Positions 1 through 11,779 of a DNA stretch of 64,000 nt are shown here, piece after piece (positions within the stretch are counted from its first letter, which is position 1; each line of letters starts with the position of its first letter). Source of the DNA: Octopus bimaculoides (taxonomy: Eukaryota); the NCBI RefSeq assembly GCF_001194135.2, contig NC_068990.1:70368967-70432966 (forward strand), read 5' to 3'. Made by a program: the position numbers and the translations under genes. A model generated the notes under the pieces. The model had not been told where the DNA came from, made no database searches, and saw only the letters and a program-made list of their open reading frames with translations.

Positions 1-832
1 GTGCCCACGGCATGTGTAAGGACTTTCGAGCGAGATCATTGCCAGTTCCCCTAAACTGGCTCTTGTGCGGGTGGCACATAAAATACACCATTTTGAGCGT
101 GGCCGTTGCCAGTATCGCCTGACTGACTGGCCTTCGTGCCGATGGCACGTTAAAGCACCCACTACACTCTCTGAGTGGTTGGTGTTTAGGAAGGGCATCC
201 AGCTGTAGATACTCTGCCAAATGCTGTGCGTGAGAAAACCCAGCAAGCCAAGTGAGATCTAAATCTAAGGCCTCAGCCAGTCCACTTAGGCGTACCTTCC
301 TTCATTGGACACTAAACTCCACTTGCGAAGACCTGTTGAGGCAAGTGAAATCGAAATCGAGTTAAATTGGACACTAAACTCCACATGTGAAGACCTGTTG
401 AAGCAAGTGAAATCGAAATCGAGTTAAATTGGACATGAAACTCAGCTTGCGAAGACTTATTGGTGCAAGCGAAATTGAATGTGTGATGGTACCTGTGCCC
501 AGCATCGCCTTTCTGGCACTTGTGCCCGCGGCATGTCTAAGGACTTTCGAGCGTGATCGTTGCCAGTGCCCCTGGACTCGCTCTTGTGCAGGTGGCACAT
601 AAAATACAACATCTTGAGCATGGCCGTTGCAAGTACCGCCTGACTGGCCTTCGTGCGGGTGACACGTAAAAGCACCCAATACACTCTCTGAGTGGTTGGC
701 ATTAGGAAGGGCATCCAGCCGTAGAAACTCTGCCAAATCAGATTGGAGCCTGGTGTAGCCATCTGGTTTCACCAGTCCTCAGTCAAATCGTCCAACCCAT
801 GCTAGCATGGAAAGCGGACGTTAAACGACGGT
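1..832 (+). mobile_element. RTE LINE 3' UTR/tail with internal duplications
   Basis: Ends ccaacccatgctagcatggaaagcggacgttaaacgacg, the same terminus as the RTE LINE at 29989-32665. 1-222 is repeated at about 523-738. Confidence 0.85.
305..480 (+). repeat. 62-bp tandem repeat, about 2.8 copies, inside RTE 3' UTR
   Basis: Unit ttggacactaaactccacttgcgaagacctgttgaggcaagtgaaatcgaaatcgagttaaa starts at 305, 367 and 429. Confidence 0.9.
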
Positions 833-846
833 GTATGTGTGTGTGA

Positions 847-877
<31 letters not shown>

Positions 878-1561
878 TTGTGTGTGTATAAAATTCTTTT
901 TTTAGCAGTGGATCTTGAAGCACATAAAGCTATAAATAGAAGTCTTGGACTTGTTTTTTGTCAAAAAGGGTTTTCCAACCCAATGTTTACATGCTATAAA
1001 TAATAGCATGTACATATTTACTTCAAGATCCACTGTTCTAAAAAAGAATTATTTGATGTCCTCTCAAAAATTTATTAAAAAAATTCTTATGATTTAGTAA
1101 CACACACACCAGCGCGCGCATACACACACACACACACACACACACAGAGTTATGTATGTATCATCATCATTGACATTGTAATGTTTGTTTTTTTGTTGCC
1201 ATACTGGCATAGGTTAGATAAGTTTGCTGTACAGCCTATCACCACCCATCTTGGTGTTTTATCTCATCTACAAGATCTACCATCCTGAGATATGACCTCA
1301 TTACTTCTTCCCATACTTCCTCCCTCAGTTTCTTTCTTTTGTAGCTACTCCACCACCACCACCACCACCACCACACCACCATTACCACTTTTCCAACAAT
1401 GGCACTCGTCTCTCACTTACATCACATGTCCATACCAGTGAGTGATGTTGTCTCTCTTGGATACATCATGTTAAATACTTCCACACTCACTTGTTTTCAC
1501 AACCAATACTGTGTCTTTCACAGAAATTTATATTATTCATGCAACATGTGCATACCTCCTT

Positions 1562-1608
<47 letters not shown>

Positions 1609-1828
1609 AGCACGCATTTGTGTGTGTACATATATATCTATCTATCTATGTGTGTGTGTATGTGTACATATATTTATAGTCTTTATATGTGTATTTGTGT
1701 GTGTATTACACACACACACACACACACACATACTGTGTACACTCACATAAATACTGCAAGGCATTTTATCTGATGCTCTAACAGTTTCTAGTTGAGAATA
1801 ATAATAGTAATAATGATAATAATGATAA

Positions 1829-2045
1829 TTCTTTCTACTATAACCACAAGGCCTGAAATCTTTGGGAAGGGGGCTAGTTGATTACATGGACCCCAGTGTG
1901 TAACTGGTACTTATTTCATCAACCCTGAAAGGATGAAAGGTAAAGTCGACCTCGGCAGAATTTGAACTCAGAATGTTAAGAGCCAGAAGAAATACTGCAA
2001 AGCATTTTGCCCAACATGCTAACAATTCTCCCAGCTTAGTGCCAT
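1829..2045 (-). mobile_element. SINE family C copy; a further partial copy at about 2095-2240
   Basis: Shared core accctgaaaggatgaaaggtaaagtcgacctcggcagaatttgaactcagaatg, with an (ATT)n tail on the sense strand. Confidence 0.8.
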
Positions 2046-2058
2046 AATAGTAATGATA

Positions 2059-2094
<36 letters not shown>

Positions 2095-2271
2095 GTTTTC
2101 GACTTAGGTACAAGATGAGAAATTTTTAATGTTATTCAGTACCATTGACCCTGAAAGGATGAAAGGCAAAGTTGACCTCAGTGGAATTTGAACTTAGAAT
2201 GTAGCAAGGTTGGTGGGATTGGAACTCGGAATGTAAAGAAGCTGAAATAATAACAAGAGCAATACCAATAT

Positions 2272-2272
<1 letters not shown>

Positions 2273-2322
<50 letters not shown>
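2273..2322. repeat. (ACT)n microsatellite
   Basis: Direct reading. Confidence 0.95.
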
Positions 2323-3421
2323 AAGTGATGATGATGATTTCTAAATTAAGTACAAGATGTCTAGTGATGTTGTTATGTATGGCTCTCTTGATGATAATAC
2401 AAATGTAATAATAATAATAATAATAATAATAATATTCTGCTAAATATTTTTACTTCAAACGTGAGGAGTATGGAAGGCAGTGCTTCATGTAGCTATTTAC
2501 TCTATATTTTAGTATTGTGGCATTAATAACAATCAATATTTGTAGTATTGTTGAGAAATGGCTTCTGAGATTCCTAGACAATCATTCACTACTCTCCTGT
2601 TATTATATTTTGCTACTGTCTACCCCCATCTACCTCCAGTTGTTCCACCCCCTCATTTCCAATACTTATTCATCTGTAACAATGGTGTGTAATTTTGTCA
2701 GATTATTAAGGGGTAAGTTTTGTAGTTGTTGTTTTGTCTTTTCTATTATGATTCATTAGACAAGGAAATAATTGTATTCTCTTGACCCTCCTGGGCATGT
2801 TTATAAAACTCAGCTGTTTCCCCATTGTTTGTTTATTTAAGAAATGTTTGATCTTGTTAGTTAAGGGAGCAGATAAAACTATGTCAAAGAAAGAAATAAC
2901 AAAAACAAAGAAAAAACATTGGCAGGTGAAGAAGGAAAGAAGAGAAAAGAGAAAGAATATCAATGGATGGTAGTAGGAGTAAAAGAATGATAGAGATTTG
3001 ATTGTTGGGGAGACAATGCATATCTATTTTATTTACATTTGTCTTAGATTGCCTGTTATTTTCTTTCAAGTTCAAAAGAATACATCCAATGTACAATAAT
3101 GGTGGCTCTTTTCTGTTCAATTACTGACCTCAGCAATGAGGAGCCAATTCACTTTGTTCTGCAAATTTTTGGTTTACACATTAACACTTAGGTTCAGTAT
3201 CAATTATTATCTTGTCCTTTTCATTATCTATAAACAAGCCTGTATACTTTTAGAGGTGACAAAACAAGCTGTGATGTTAAAATAATTTTCATAGGGAAAT
3301 TTTTGGATGTATCCCAAAATTTTAAAGTGGGTTGTAATCTTGCTTCATTGAATGCTCTCTGATGCTAGTCTCTTGATTATTTGATGTAAATGTCAGCAAA
3401 GTCCTGAGAGTTGCTCTTTAA

Positions 3422-3638
3422 CCCTTTTGATACTAAGTCACCTGAGACTGCCCTTATTTTTATGATGCACATCTTCTTTTAAACTTATCTAAATTAAAAC
3501 CTTCCTTTGAAATTTCATGTTAATTTATGTTTCAAATACCAGATTAATAAGGACAAATTAATTTTTATAGTTTCATTATTTTCAAAATTAATTGAAATGA
3601 AGGCAGTGTGTTTCAGCAGAAATAGAGTAACAAAATGG
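3422..3638. mobile_element. piggyBac-type MITE, family 1
   Basis: TTAA|CCCTTTTGATAC ... GTAACAAAATGG|TTAA. The interior resembles 13212-13409 and 62302-62524. Confidence 0.8.
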
Positions 3639-3710
3639 TTAACTCAGGTTACATGTGTGTTAGGCACAACATGAAGTAACATGAATGTTTCCCTAAACAC
3701 ACCAGCATTA

Positions 3711-3962
3711 GTTGTCAAGCAATGTTGGGGGGGGGGGACAAACACAGACACACACACACACACATATACAACAGGTTTCTTTCAGTTTCCGTCTATCAAA
3801 TCCACTCACAAGGCTTTGGTCGGCCCGAGGCTATAGTAGAAGTCANNNNNNNNNNGCCCGAGGCTATAGTAGAAGTCACTTGCCCAAGGCGCCGCACAGT
3901 GGGACTGAACCCAGAACGATGTGGTTGGTAAGCAAACTACTTACAACACAGCCACTCTTGCG

Positions 3963-3965
<3 letters not shown>
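3711..3965 (-). mobile_element. tRNA-derived SINE family A, interrupted by a 10-N gap
   Basis: Head on the minus strand (aggcgcaagagtggctgtgttgtaagtagtttgcttaccaaccacatcgttctgggttcagtccc), then a ttgggcaagtg central block and an internal (CA)n. Confidence 0.85.
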
Positions 3966-4006
<41 letters not shown>

Positions 4007-5106
4007 CTAACAGTAATACCCATCGTTCATCAGGTAATTACTTTTACTGTTTCTCGGGGCCGAGAAGCTAGAAAAATAGGTATATCATATAGAAGAATAG
4101 CTTTATGGAATCTAGTTGACTGTGATGGCACTGAAAAGACTGCAGGTCAAGTGGAACATCACTGTTCATATAGAAAAAGCATTGCACATTGTGTGTTTGT
4201 TGAATGTTCATTTTTTTATGGTCTTTTTTAGTGGACATTTTTTAATTAGGAATATCACTAAGTAATAGTGAAATGAAATTACAAATGCTGTGTGAGTGAA
4301 CAATTAGTGTTGTACCATTGCATAATTTTTGTTGAGACAAATTAGGCAATAGTAGTATTGGAGATATAGAAAAAGCATTGCATGTTGTGTGTTTGTTTGG
4401 TGTTCATTTTTTGACGGTCTTTTTTTAGTAAACATTTTTATGATTAGGAATATCAGTAAGTAATAGTGAAATGAAATTACAAATGATGTGTCCTGTCAGT
4501 GTTAGTGCTGAAATTCTGACGCTATATTACAGGAATGAAAAGCAAGGCAACAATAAGTAATAATAGTTCAATGAAATTACAAATGCTGTGTCCTGTCAGT
4601 GTTAGTGATGAAATTCTGACACTATATTACAAGAATGAAAGGTAAGGCAACAGTAAGTAATAGTCCAATGAAATTACAAATGCTGTGTCCTGTCAGTCAG
4701 ATTTAGGTTTACTCGACCTCTATGTGTGTATTATATAAGAGAAAAACATGTAATAATTGAAGTAGAAAAAACGATGGATTTTATATACGAACTTTTGTTT
4801 GTTCTTCAAGTTGCAATGCAGCAACTTTTAGTGTTTGGCCCTGACTTTTATTAATGCTCATGGCAAAAGAAAGTGAGATAGGAAACGGTAAGGGCTTAAA
4901 TTTGAATAGGACATTAGATGGTATAACTGGTATGCAAGGAACGAAGACGGTGTCACGTTTACCACAACAAGTGAGAATATTTGCCTCAATGCAGTTCATC
5001 AAAAGTTTGTGCACAATTAGTGTTGCTTCCCTTGAACCATTTACTTTCACTTTATGGGACAAACGCAAACACAAATGGACAGAATCTCTCTTTTATATTA
5101 CTACGA
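4007..5106 (-). mobile_element. Non-autonomous Helitron derivative with a PIF1-helicase C-terminal fragment (4781-5074) and internal tandem repeats
   Basis: The ORF contains CIEANILTCCGKRDTVFVPCIPVIP...FPISLSFAMSINKSQGQTLKVAALQLEE (Helitron helicase FAMxINKSQGQ motif). The 5' end is TC-gtagtaatataaaagagagattctgtcc. The degenerate 3' end is cctgatgaacgatgggtattactgTTAG-T. Confidence 0.75.
4168..4700. repeat. Nested tandem duplications inside the Helitron
   Basis: A block of about 125 bp (tatagaaaaagcattgca...gaaattacaaatg) occurs at about 4168 and 4366. A unit of about 100 bp (aatgaaattacaaatgctgtgtcctgtcagtg...) is repeated about 2.3 times from about 4470. Confidence 0.85.
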
Positions 5107-5147
5107 CACTCCATCGGTTATGACGATGAGGATTCCAGATGATCCAA

Positions 5148-5441
5148 TCAATGAAACAGTCTGCTCGTGAAATTAACGTGCAAGTGGCTGAGCATTCCAC
5201 TGACATGTGTACCATTAACGTACTTCTTGGGGAGATTCAGTGTGACATGGAAACAAGAATAAAAAGTGAGAGAAAGTTGTGGTGAAAGAGTACAGCAGGG
5301 TTCGCCACCACCCCCTACTACAGCCTCGTGGAGTTTTAAGTGTTTTTGCTCAAACACTTACAACACCCAGTCTGGGGATCAAAATCGTGATCCTATGACC
5401 TCGAGTCCGCTGCCCTAACCACTGGGCCATTGTGCCTCCCC
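5148..5441 (-). mobile_element. tRNA-derived SINE family D (Arg-like head)
   Basis: Minus strand GGGGAGGCACAATGGCCCAGTGGTTAGGGCAGCGGACTCGAGG: intact A-box, decayed B-box, followed by a non-tRNA body. Confidence 0.75.
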
Positions 5442-6196
5442 TCTCTTTTATATATATATATATATATATATAGATGCACACACACACATGTGCACATGCG
5501 CACACACACACACATTATATATTTATACATATATAGTAGCAGGGTTGTTGAGAATTTGGTATGTTGGTAGGTTTTCCATGAGCATTGAGTGAAATAACAG
5601 ATGTCAGCTTATGATTGGAATCAAGTCATTGACCTGCTTTGCTTGGAACATCATCTCTATAGCAACTGATTCTACCAACAATAATAATAATAATAATGAT
5701 AGGAAGATGATCATTACAATGACATCTTATGTTGGTTTAATTTGAAACATCAGAATGAAAAGTGGAGTGGATGAAAAAGAATGAAGCTCAGACTTTCTGA
5801 AAAGCATAGTCAATGCAATACCAATTTGTAATTAAAAACCTAATTTACATAATGTTAATAAATAAACATAATCAGCAGAAACAGGAAATTGGATTTAAAT
5901 AGGATTCCTTTAGTCTACCATATTAATTATGTCAAATCATTGACTAAGAAAGAACCAAAGTTGATTATTTTTCACAATAACATTTTCTTTATGCATGGTG
6001 ACCTAACAACTCATTCAGTGATCTAGAGCACAACCAGATGTTCCAAAACTGAGATTTGAACAATATTTCCTGAAAATTCCTGTGTGACAAAGATATAGTG
6101 CAAAACCTAAGAAAGAGGGAATTTTGTGCTAGTTTCTATTGTAATATTTGTTTTTCATTTTTTTAATTGATTCAATATTAATTTTTTTTCCCACAA

Positions 6197-6332
6197 AGGT
6201 GTAGGCATAGCTTGTGGTTAAGGTTTTCATTTCAATCTCAGTATGCAGCACCTTAGGCAATTGTCTTCTTTTGTAGTGCTCAGCCAACCAATGCCCTGTA
6301 AGTGAATTTAGTAGATGGAAATTGTGCATCAC
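6197..6332 (+). mobile_element. Degenerate SINE family A 5' half
   Basis: gcagcaccttaggcaattgtcttc...gtaagtgaatttagtagatggaaa matches the family A core. Confidence 0.6.
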
Positions 6333-6756
6333 ATGTGTATATATATATATATATNNNNNNNNNNNNNNNNNNNNNNNNNNNNNNNNNNNNNNNNNNNNNN
6401 NNNNNNNNNGTGATACTAATAGCTTAGTGTTAGAACTTCTGTATAAAACATTAGGTGAGTATAGAGTGTAATATGTTCCCTTGTCGTGGTTTGAAGTGAA
6501 CTAATGTAACTTGTAATATATTTCCAAATAAGGCTATTTTCCCCCATGGTCAAACATGTTCTCATAAGATATTGGAATTGCATGAAACTGCTTGAATGAG
6601 GGTGACAATCATTTCACATGTGTAACTTGATGTCAAGAAGCATTGCACAGGACCAGAATTTTTGACTTCAGTCAAATATAGAAAACTATTCAAATCCTTA
6701 TCAGAGTATCCACATAAGTGGAGTCTAGACCTCCCGGTTTGTACTGGCATCAAGTC

Positions 6757-7007
6757 ATATAAGTTGTAACAATGAAGTCAAACCAGACAGTGGTATTTTG
6801 AAATCATTTAATATGTACATTTCAGGTCTGTGAAATATATAATAGGAAATGTTGCTGTTATGCCAAACCTTCATCAGTTAAAACATTTCACTGAAGGTCT
6901 TGCATAATGGTTGCATTTCCTATTATATATTATGTAGAATGAGACATACATATTAAATGATTTCAAAACATCACTATTTGTTTTGACTTCATTGTTACAA
7001 CTTATAT
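6757..7007. mobile_element. Fold-back (near fully palindromic) element with a 4-bp AGTC direct repeat
   Basis: Perfect inverted blocks of 26 nt (6757-6782/6982-7007), 22 nt (6796-6817/6947-6968) and 17 nt (6835-6851/6914-6930). AGTC at 6753-6756 and 7008-7011. Confidence 0.8.
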
Positions 7008-7302
7008 AGTCATTTAAGAATCCATAAGTCAGAAAAAATATGCATTCATGTATTTGTCAATAGAGTAGGTATATTAAAGTGCACAGTTTTAGAGATCCAT
7101 TACAGCCAATCTTACCATTCAATTTTGCATTGGATATTAAACTGGATGTTAGATGTCTAACATCTCATTTAAATACCCAATGTGAAACCAATTGGTTAGG
7201 TTGGCCATGATGGACCTATAGTAGTATTATACACTTTGATTGAAATATATATTTACATCTATCTCTTTCTGTGTGTGTGTGTAATTATTAGGATTTTGAC
7301 AT

Positions 7303-7450
7303 TGCAGAGTATAGCCATGTTGTTAGAATGTTAAGCTCGTGATCGTAAGGTCATGGGTTCAATTCCTGTACTGGCTAGCATACTGTGTTCTTGAGCAAGG
7401 CACTTGATTTCGCATTGCTTCAGTCTATTCGACTGGAAATGAGTAACAGC
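7303..7450 (+). mobile_element. SINE family D-like copy
   Basis: tRNA-like head with gggttcaattcc B-box, followed by tgtgttcttgagcaaggcactt central motif. Confidence 0.7.
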
Positions 7451-8379
7451 CCAGTGAACTACATCTCTTTAAAGACTGATAAAATAACTGCCAGATAATC
7501 TATAAAGTTGAGTAGGACCCTTAAAAGCAATGGTCTGACATGTTCACTAACAAACCAGTTAAAAAAAGGAAAAGGACAAATTTAAGCAAAATGAAAAAAA
7601 GAAGATTGAAATTCTGTTACTTTCCATCAAATGTTAGTGAGTAAGAGAGAGAGAGAAAATGGAGATGTTATCATATTGTGTGAGTAGATGCATAGCAACA
7701 AGTTTGGTTTCACTATTCACTCCATAAATATGAAGGTGTCAATGCTAGCTGATAGATTTCTCAATCAAATATTCATTGATATGGACCCTCCATCTCCCCG
7801 TCCCTCTCCCCTCCTCCCCCTCATCATCATGGGGACACTTTTCTTTTGCCATGAAAAACAATGTATATAGGAGTGTGTCTGAATTTGTACACACACACAC
7901 ACACTATTTTATTTACATGTAGGTGCATAGGTGCTGTTATGCACAGTATATATAGGATTACACCATCCGATATATCTCTCCTCCTCCAAGATGGTAGAGT
8001 GTAATTTGAGGTAGATGTAGCTGTTATTTCCAGCAAGTTGAGCAGTCAGTGAGAGTTGAGTTCTTATGATTAGCAAGTAAGAATTATCAAACAAACTGGT
8101 AGTATGTTACCTACCCTATAGGCTAGTAAAACACAGCAGTTTGGTGAGGTTGTGAACATATACCTACTGTCATCTTTAACGTAATTGGGATATTGTTACA
8201 TTAATTAGTGTTATATTGGTGTCAGATGTAGGGGGGAAATACTAAGAAAGTATGAACTGAACAGAGGTTGATTTCAGAGGCCCCATAGTATATGTACCGT
8301 GTGGTGTTTATAATACAACTCTGGTGCGCCACTTTCAGGAACTATTTCATGTGTATTGTATTGTTAAAGCTCTGACAGT

Positions 8380-8523
8380 AGGTGCAAGAGTGGCTGTGTG
8401 GTAAGTAGCTTGCTTACCAACCACATGATCCCGGGTTCAGTCCCACTGCATGACACCTTGGGCAAGTGTCTTGTGAGTGGATTTAGTAGATGGAAACTGG
8501 AAGAAGCCCGTCGTGTATATATA
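8380..8523 (+). mobile_element. SINE family A 5' half with an internal deletion
   Basis: The head is well preserved. gtgtctt is joined directly to gtgagtgg, removing the ctactatagcc...aagcc block seen in other copies. Confidence 0.85.
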
Positions 8524-9240
8524 TGTGGTTGAGCTTTTTCCCTTTTACCAAGCCACTGTTTACGATGTCTAACATTTCGATAGTAGATCCATTTTTCGTT
8601 ATCAGTCACAAGTCTATCCAAAAAGGGCGAAATGAGTTCACGAGAATGGAGGGAAGAGATGTCAACTCGGGATTTGCAGTTGCTTTTGGACAATTCATGA
8701 GGTACCCATTTTCCAAGTTTAAGAACCTTTCCAAGTTGTTGAAGATGACGATGAACAGTTGTATGGTTTGAACTAAGCTTTATTTCCAATTCTTCAACTG
8801 ATTATGCAGGATTTTCTTTAAGTAATGCCTCAAGGAGCTTATCATCAAACTCAACTGGACGTCCTGTTCAATCTTCATCTTCAAGGCTGAAATCTCCACT
8901 TCTGAATTTTGCAAACCATTTTCTGCAAGTTCTTTCATTCAAGCATTCTTTCCCAGAAACTGAGTGTATGTTTTGAGTCACTTCGGCCGCTGAGTTTCCT
9001 TTTTTGTACACATAAAGTATTATGTACCTTAAATGCTCTTTGGATACTTCCATGTTAGAAAGGGTTTTAATCAAAGAAATTTAAATTCTATTGTTGTGTA
9101 AAATAATATTTAATTAGTTTAAACGTACACAAATGCATAAAAATAATTTTTAATTCCATTAGACATTCTAAAATACTATTAAATTTCATTCAATTTTAGA
9201 ATAGGTAAAATCGGACAGAACTTATGGGATTGCCTGATTT
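8524..9240 (-). mobile_element. mariner transposon relic, 5' half (one TIR plus frameshifted transposase N-terminus)
   Basis: MEVSKEHLRYIILY...CRKWFAKFRSGDFSLEDE (HTH), then LGKWVPHELS and LVTDNEKWIYY (WVPHEL motif; decayed first catalytic Asp motif). TIR-like atcaggcaatcccataagttctgtccgatttt at about 9207-9238. Confidence 0.9.
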
Positions 9241-9490
9241 ATAGAGGTTCCTTCACTGACTTGTTAAGTTATTACATAACTCCTGAGATGAGCACATAAC
9301 TCTTATTTGTAGATTGTTCCTTGTTGTTGTTGGACTAACTAACCTACATGTCACACGACTTTGATAAGACCTAGGGCAACAACAACAATATAATTAGGAA
9401 ATTAATGAGGTTTCTATTTTTTGTGCAGTTGACAGGTCAGACATGTAAATTACTTTACCACAGCAATAAAACTTTGTGTGTGTGTGTTAA

Positions 9491-9516
9491 TCTATATATA
9501 TAAAAATGAGAATGTG

Positions 9517-9547
<31 letters not shown>

Positions 9548-10954
9548 GTGAATGCCTAAAACTCGAGAACTACGCAACCAATTTCATTCAAATTTTACAC
9601 ATGCCTTACTTAGGGTTCCAGTTGTGTTTTAGTCAAAAACTTTTTTTAACTTCTTGCAGAGTTCGAGCCCACGGCAACATAATATCTCCTCCNNNNNNNN
9701 NNNNNNNNNNNNNNNNNNNNNNNNNNNNNNNNNNNNNNNNNNNNNNNNNNNNNNNNNNNNNNNNNNNNNNNNNNNNNNNNNNNNNNNNNNNNNNNNNNNN
9801 NNNNNNNNNNNNNNNNNNNNNNNNNNNNNNNNNNNNNNNNNNNNNNNNNNNNNNNNNNNNNNNNNNNNNNNNNNNNNNNNNNNNNNNNNNNNNNNNNNNN
9901 NNNNNNNNNNNNNNNNNNNNNNNNNNNNNNNNNNNNNNNNNNNNNNNNNNNNNNNNNNNNNNNNNNNNNNNNNNNNNNNNNNNNNNNNNNNNNNNNNNNN
10001 NNNNNNNNNNNNNNNNNNNNNNNNNNNNNNNNNNNNNNNNNNNNNNNNNNNNNNNNNNNNNNNNNNNNNNNNNNNNNNNNNNNNNNNNNNNNNNNNNNNN
10101 NNNNNNNNNNNNNNNNNNNNNNNNNNNNNNNNNNNNNNNNNNNNNNNNNNNNNNNNNNNNNNNNNNNNNNNNNNNNNNNNNNNNNNNNNNNNNNNNNNNN
10201 NNNNNNNNNNNNNNNNNNNNNNNNNNNNNNNNNNNNNNNNNNNNNNNNNNNNNNNNNNNNNNNNNNNNNNNNNNNNNNNNNNNNNNNNNNNNNNNNNNNN
10301 NNNNNNNNNNNNNNNNNNNNNNNNNNNNNNNNNNNNNNNNNNNNNNNNNNNNNNNNNNNNNNNNNNNNNNNNNNNNNNNNNNNNNNNNNNNNNNNNNNNN
10401 NNNNNNNNNNNNNNNNNNNNNNNNNNNNNNNNNNNNNNNNNNNNNNNNNNNNNNNNNNNNNNNNNNNNNNNNNNNNNNNNNNNNNNNNNNNNNNNNNNNN
10501 NNNNNNNNNNNNNNNNNNNNNNNNNNNNNNNNNNNNNNNNNNNNNNNNNNNNNNNNNNNNNNNNNNNNNNNNNNNNNNNNNNNNNNNNNNNCAACGGTAC
10601 AGATTTCTGCAATGTGGTGCATAAATTGTCAAGTAAATGAGCCGCATCTTTGCCTCCACTGATTCACTTGCAAAGTGTTGAGTAAAATTATTTCGTTGCA
10701 GACCTCCTTTGGGTCTTTTTATTATCACTGCGGCACACATAGTCCCCAGTTGGTAACATTGATTTCAAGGCCCTCCTAGATGAGAGACTGGCATTCCACT
10801 TAATGTCTATGTTCCATGCTGGCATGGATTGGAGAGTTATTAATGTAGAAATATGGTATCGTAGCTACTAACAGTTGAGGGTTGCGTAGTCTAGACGGCG
10901 TTTTTAGATTTCATTATTCTCTTTAACCCGGGCAAAGCCGGGTATTTCTGCTAG
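9491..10954 (+). mobile_element. Helitron with both termini, mostly hidden by an 899-N gap
   Basis: A|TCTATATATATAAAAATGAGAATGTGTGTCTGTC at the 5' end. 3' hairpin CCCGGGCAAAGCCGGG (10927-10942) then CTAG|T (10951-10954). This is the canonical A/T insertion site. Confidence 0.85.
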
Positions 10955-11779
10955 TATTTTAATATAAGCTCTGACAAGAGATGCAAATCAAACATCCTCA
11001 TGCTGTAGATTATTTCATTGCTGAGTTTCTTAGAAACAACATTTCATAGGGAAGTAAAAAGCCACCTCCGCATTTTATTATGTCCATGAAGCAAAGAAGT
11101 TTAGGACATGCATATTACTTAATACAATTTAATAAATTTTAATTCAAAAATCATATATATGTATATTTGTGTGCATATGTGTGTATATGTACCAGTGAAT
11201 TGGATGTTTTACATGCCCCTTTGAAGGAATGTTTTTTCCTTAGTTTGTTACTTTATATATGTGTGTATATATATATATATGTACCATTTACACAAGTTGT
11301 TACATAACAAGCATAACCATAGATATGTATAAGTATATATACATGCATGTGCATGCACCCCCCACCACCACACACACAGCTGGATGGATAGATGAATGGA
11401 TGGATGAATAGATAGATAGATAGAAACACCTAATCTCATTTTATTTATTCTTCAATACTAGCTGACATTTCTTTTCTCCACCAAAAGGTTCCATCTGAAA
11501 TGTTTTGTCTGTTTTGTCTTCCTCCCAACATAACATTTATTCCACTCTTTGAATTATTTATATTACTTTGAGTCGACACTAAACATTACCATTTTCTGCA
11601 GTCTACTGATTTACTAAAACTTTTATGATGATTTTTAGCAGTTACGTTATGTATGCAACTTAAATCCTTTTTGACTATGTTTCTTATGAAATACTTTACC
11701 TATGAGCTTCAACTATCTTTGAAGAATGAGTAAGAGTTCAGAAGGATTTAAGAGAATAGCTAATTTTTTATTGTTATGT

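Noticed and set aside
3823-3878. 23-bp direct repeat gcccgaggctatagtagaagtca flanking 10 Ns
   Set aside because: It is best explained as an unmerged contig overlap inside one SINE, not a TSD.
5365-5441. Possible tRNA-Arg gene (and other tRNA-like heads)
   Set aside because: The B-box and acceptor stem are decayed and the sequence runs into a repeated SINE body; these are SINE heads.
8364-8789. 141-aa transposase-SINE fusion ORF as a domesticated gene
   Set aside because: The catalytic motif is mutated (VTDNEKW), the HTH is in a different frame, and the C-terminus is antisense SINE read-through.
9478-10740. Five 'long' ORFs of 327-394 aa
   Set aside because: They are artefacts of translating through the 899-N gap; the real residues are short and unrelated.
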